DNA of 25,610 nt, taken from positions 1-25,610 of IMG/VR virus record IMGVR_UViG_3300037420_001576; one strand, 5' to 3'. The number at the start of each line of letters is the position of its first letter. Position 1 is the first letter of the stretch. The notes beneath the pieces are model-generated. The model was not told the DNA's origin. It did not search any database and worked only from the letters and a program-made list of their open reading frames with translations. Shown piece by piece: positions 25,197 to 25,610 of the stretch. Position numbers and translations under genes: made by a program. Source of the DNA: a virus. Taxonomy: Duplodnaviria > Caudoviricetes.

Positions 25197-25312
25197 TATT
25201 GCACACCTCCTGCAAGGAATGCTACGAACTCACAAAACAAACGAACCCCAACGACAAACCCAACTGCAACGATGAACCCAAATAGCATAGCTTTCAATGT
25301 TTCTTTATTCAT
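25196..25312 (-). CDS. 38-aa TM peptide
   Basis: Not in the ORF track. GGAGGGG RBS. MNKETLKAMLFGFIVAVGFVVGVRLFCEFVAFLAGGVQ. Confidence 0.7.
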   Translation of the reverse strand: MNKETLKAMLFGFIVAVGFVVGVRLFCEFVAFLAGGVQ

Positions 25313-25361
25313 ATAAGAACCCCTCCTGTATATGTAATTTGTTAAAACTTAGAAAATACCT

Positions 25362-25610
25362 TTAAATAAAACGAGCTTTTTCTGTATTCCATGAATCAAG
25401 TAAAATTCGCTGCTTTTTATCCATTAGATCTTGATGTAATTTGTCTGGAATGTTATCGATGAGCCATTTTGGAAAATGAATCTTTGAATACGCAATGCTA
25501 CCATCTACCATATAGGCAACAAATTCTACAAACGGATTATCTTCAAACTTACCTACAAACACTACCCCATTTTCAGTTCCTACTTTTTTCATGACTTTAA
25601 CCATTAAAAC
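25362..25610 (-). CDS. Hypothetical protein, possibly 5'-truncated
   Basis: The frame is open to the window edge. Confidence 0.65.
   Translation of the reverse strand, partial: VLMVKVMKKVGTENGVVFVGKFEDNPFVEFVAYMVDGSIAYSKIHFPKWLIDNIPDKLHQDLMDKKQRILLDSWNTEKARFI

Noticed and set aside
1-25610. Window as a complete circular genome: the ORF leaving at position 1 would join in frame to the ORF entering at 25610
   Set aside because: An in-frame join has a 1-in-3 chance, the fused protein lacks the expected HTH continuation, and no terminal overlap is seen.

Overview
The window is an AT-rich (my estimate about 35% GC) segment of a tailed dsDNA siphophage of Bacillota, probably with a Bacillales host. 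Nearly all genes are on the minus strand. Reading right to left it contains small early/middle genes, a sigma-region-4-like late activator, small terminase, PBSX-type large terminase, SPP1-type portal, gp7-like minor head protein, scaffold, N4-gp56-type capsid and neck genes. These are followed by the major tail protein, a tail chaperone with a -1 frameshift, tape measure, a hub protein with no recognisable Dit gene, tail-tip proteins and a C1q-like receptor-binding protein. Two holin-like genes and an amidase endolysin are separated by an antisense HNH endonuclease. To the left is an accessory region of small ORFs and terminator-bounded non-coding units, an ERF recombinase, and three winged-HTH initiator-like genes around an iteron-bearing putative origin. 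No integrase, CI-type repressor, helicase or polymerase is visible, so the genome is probably incomplete. The most interesting non-gene signals are: (i) a plus-strand sRNA of about 75 nt with 16 nt of perfect complementarity to the RBS/start of a small membrane-protein gene 1 kb away; (ii) the 9-mer GTTAGTTAT found 11 times, mostly intergenic and often at promoters; (iii) a multi-stem RNA of about 175 nt behind a hydrophobic 27-aa peptide gene; (iv) strong AGCT over-representation. All product calls come from reading motifs and synteny, not from database searches.
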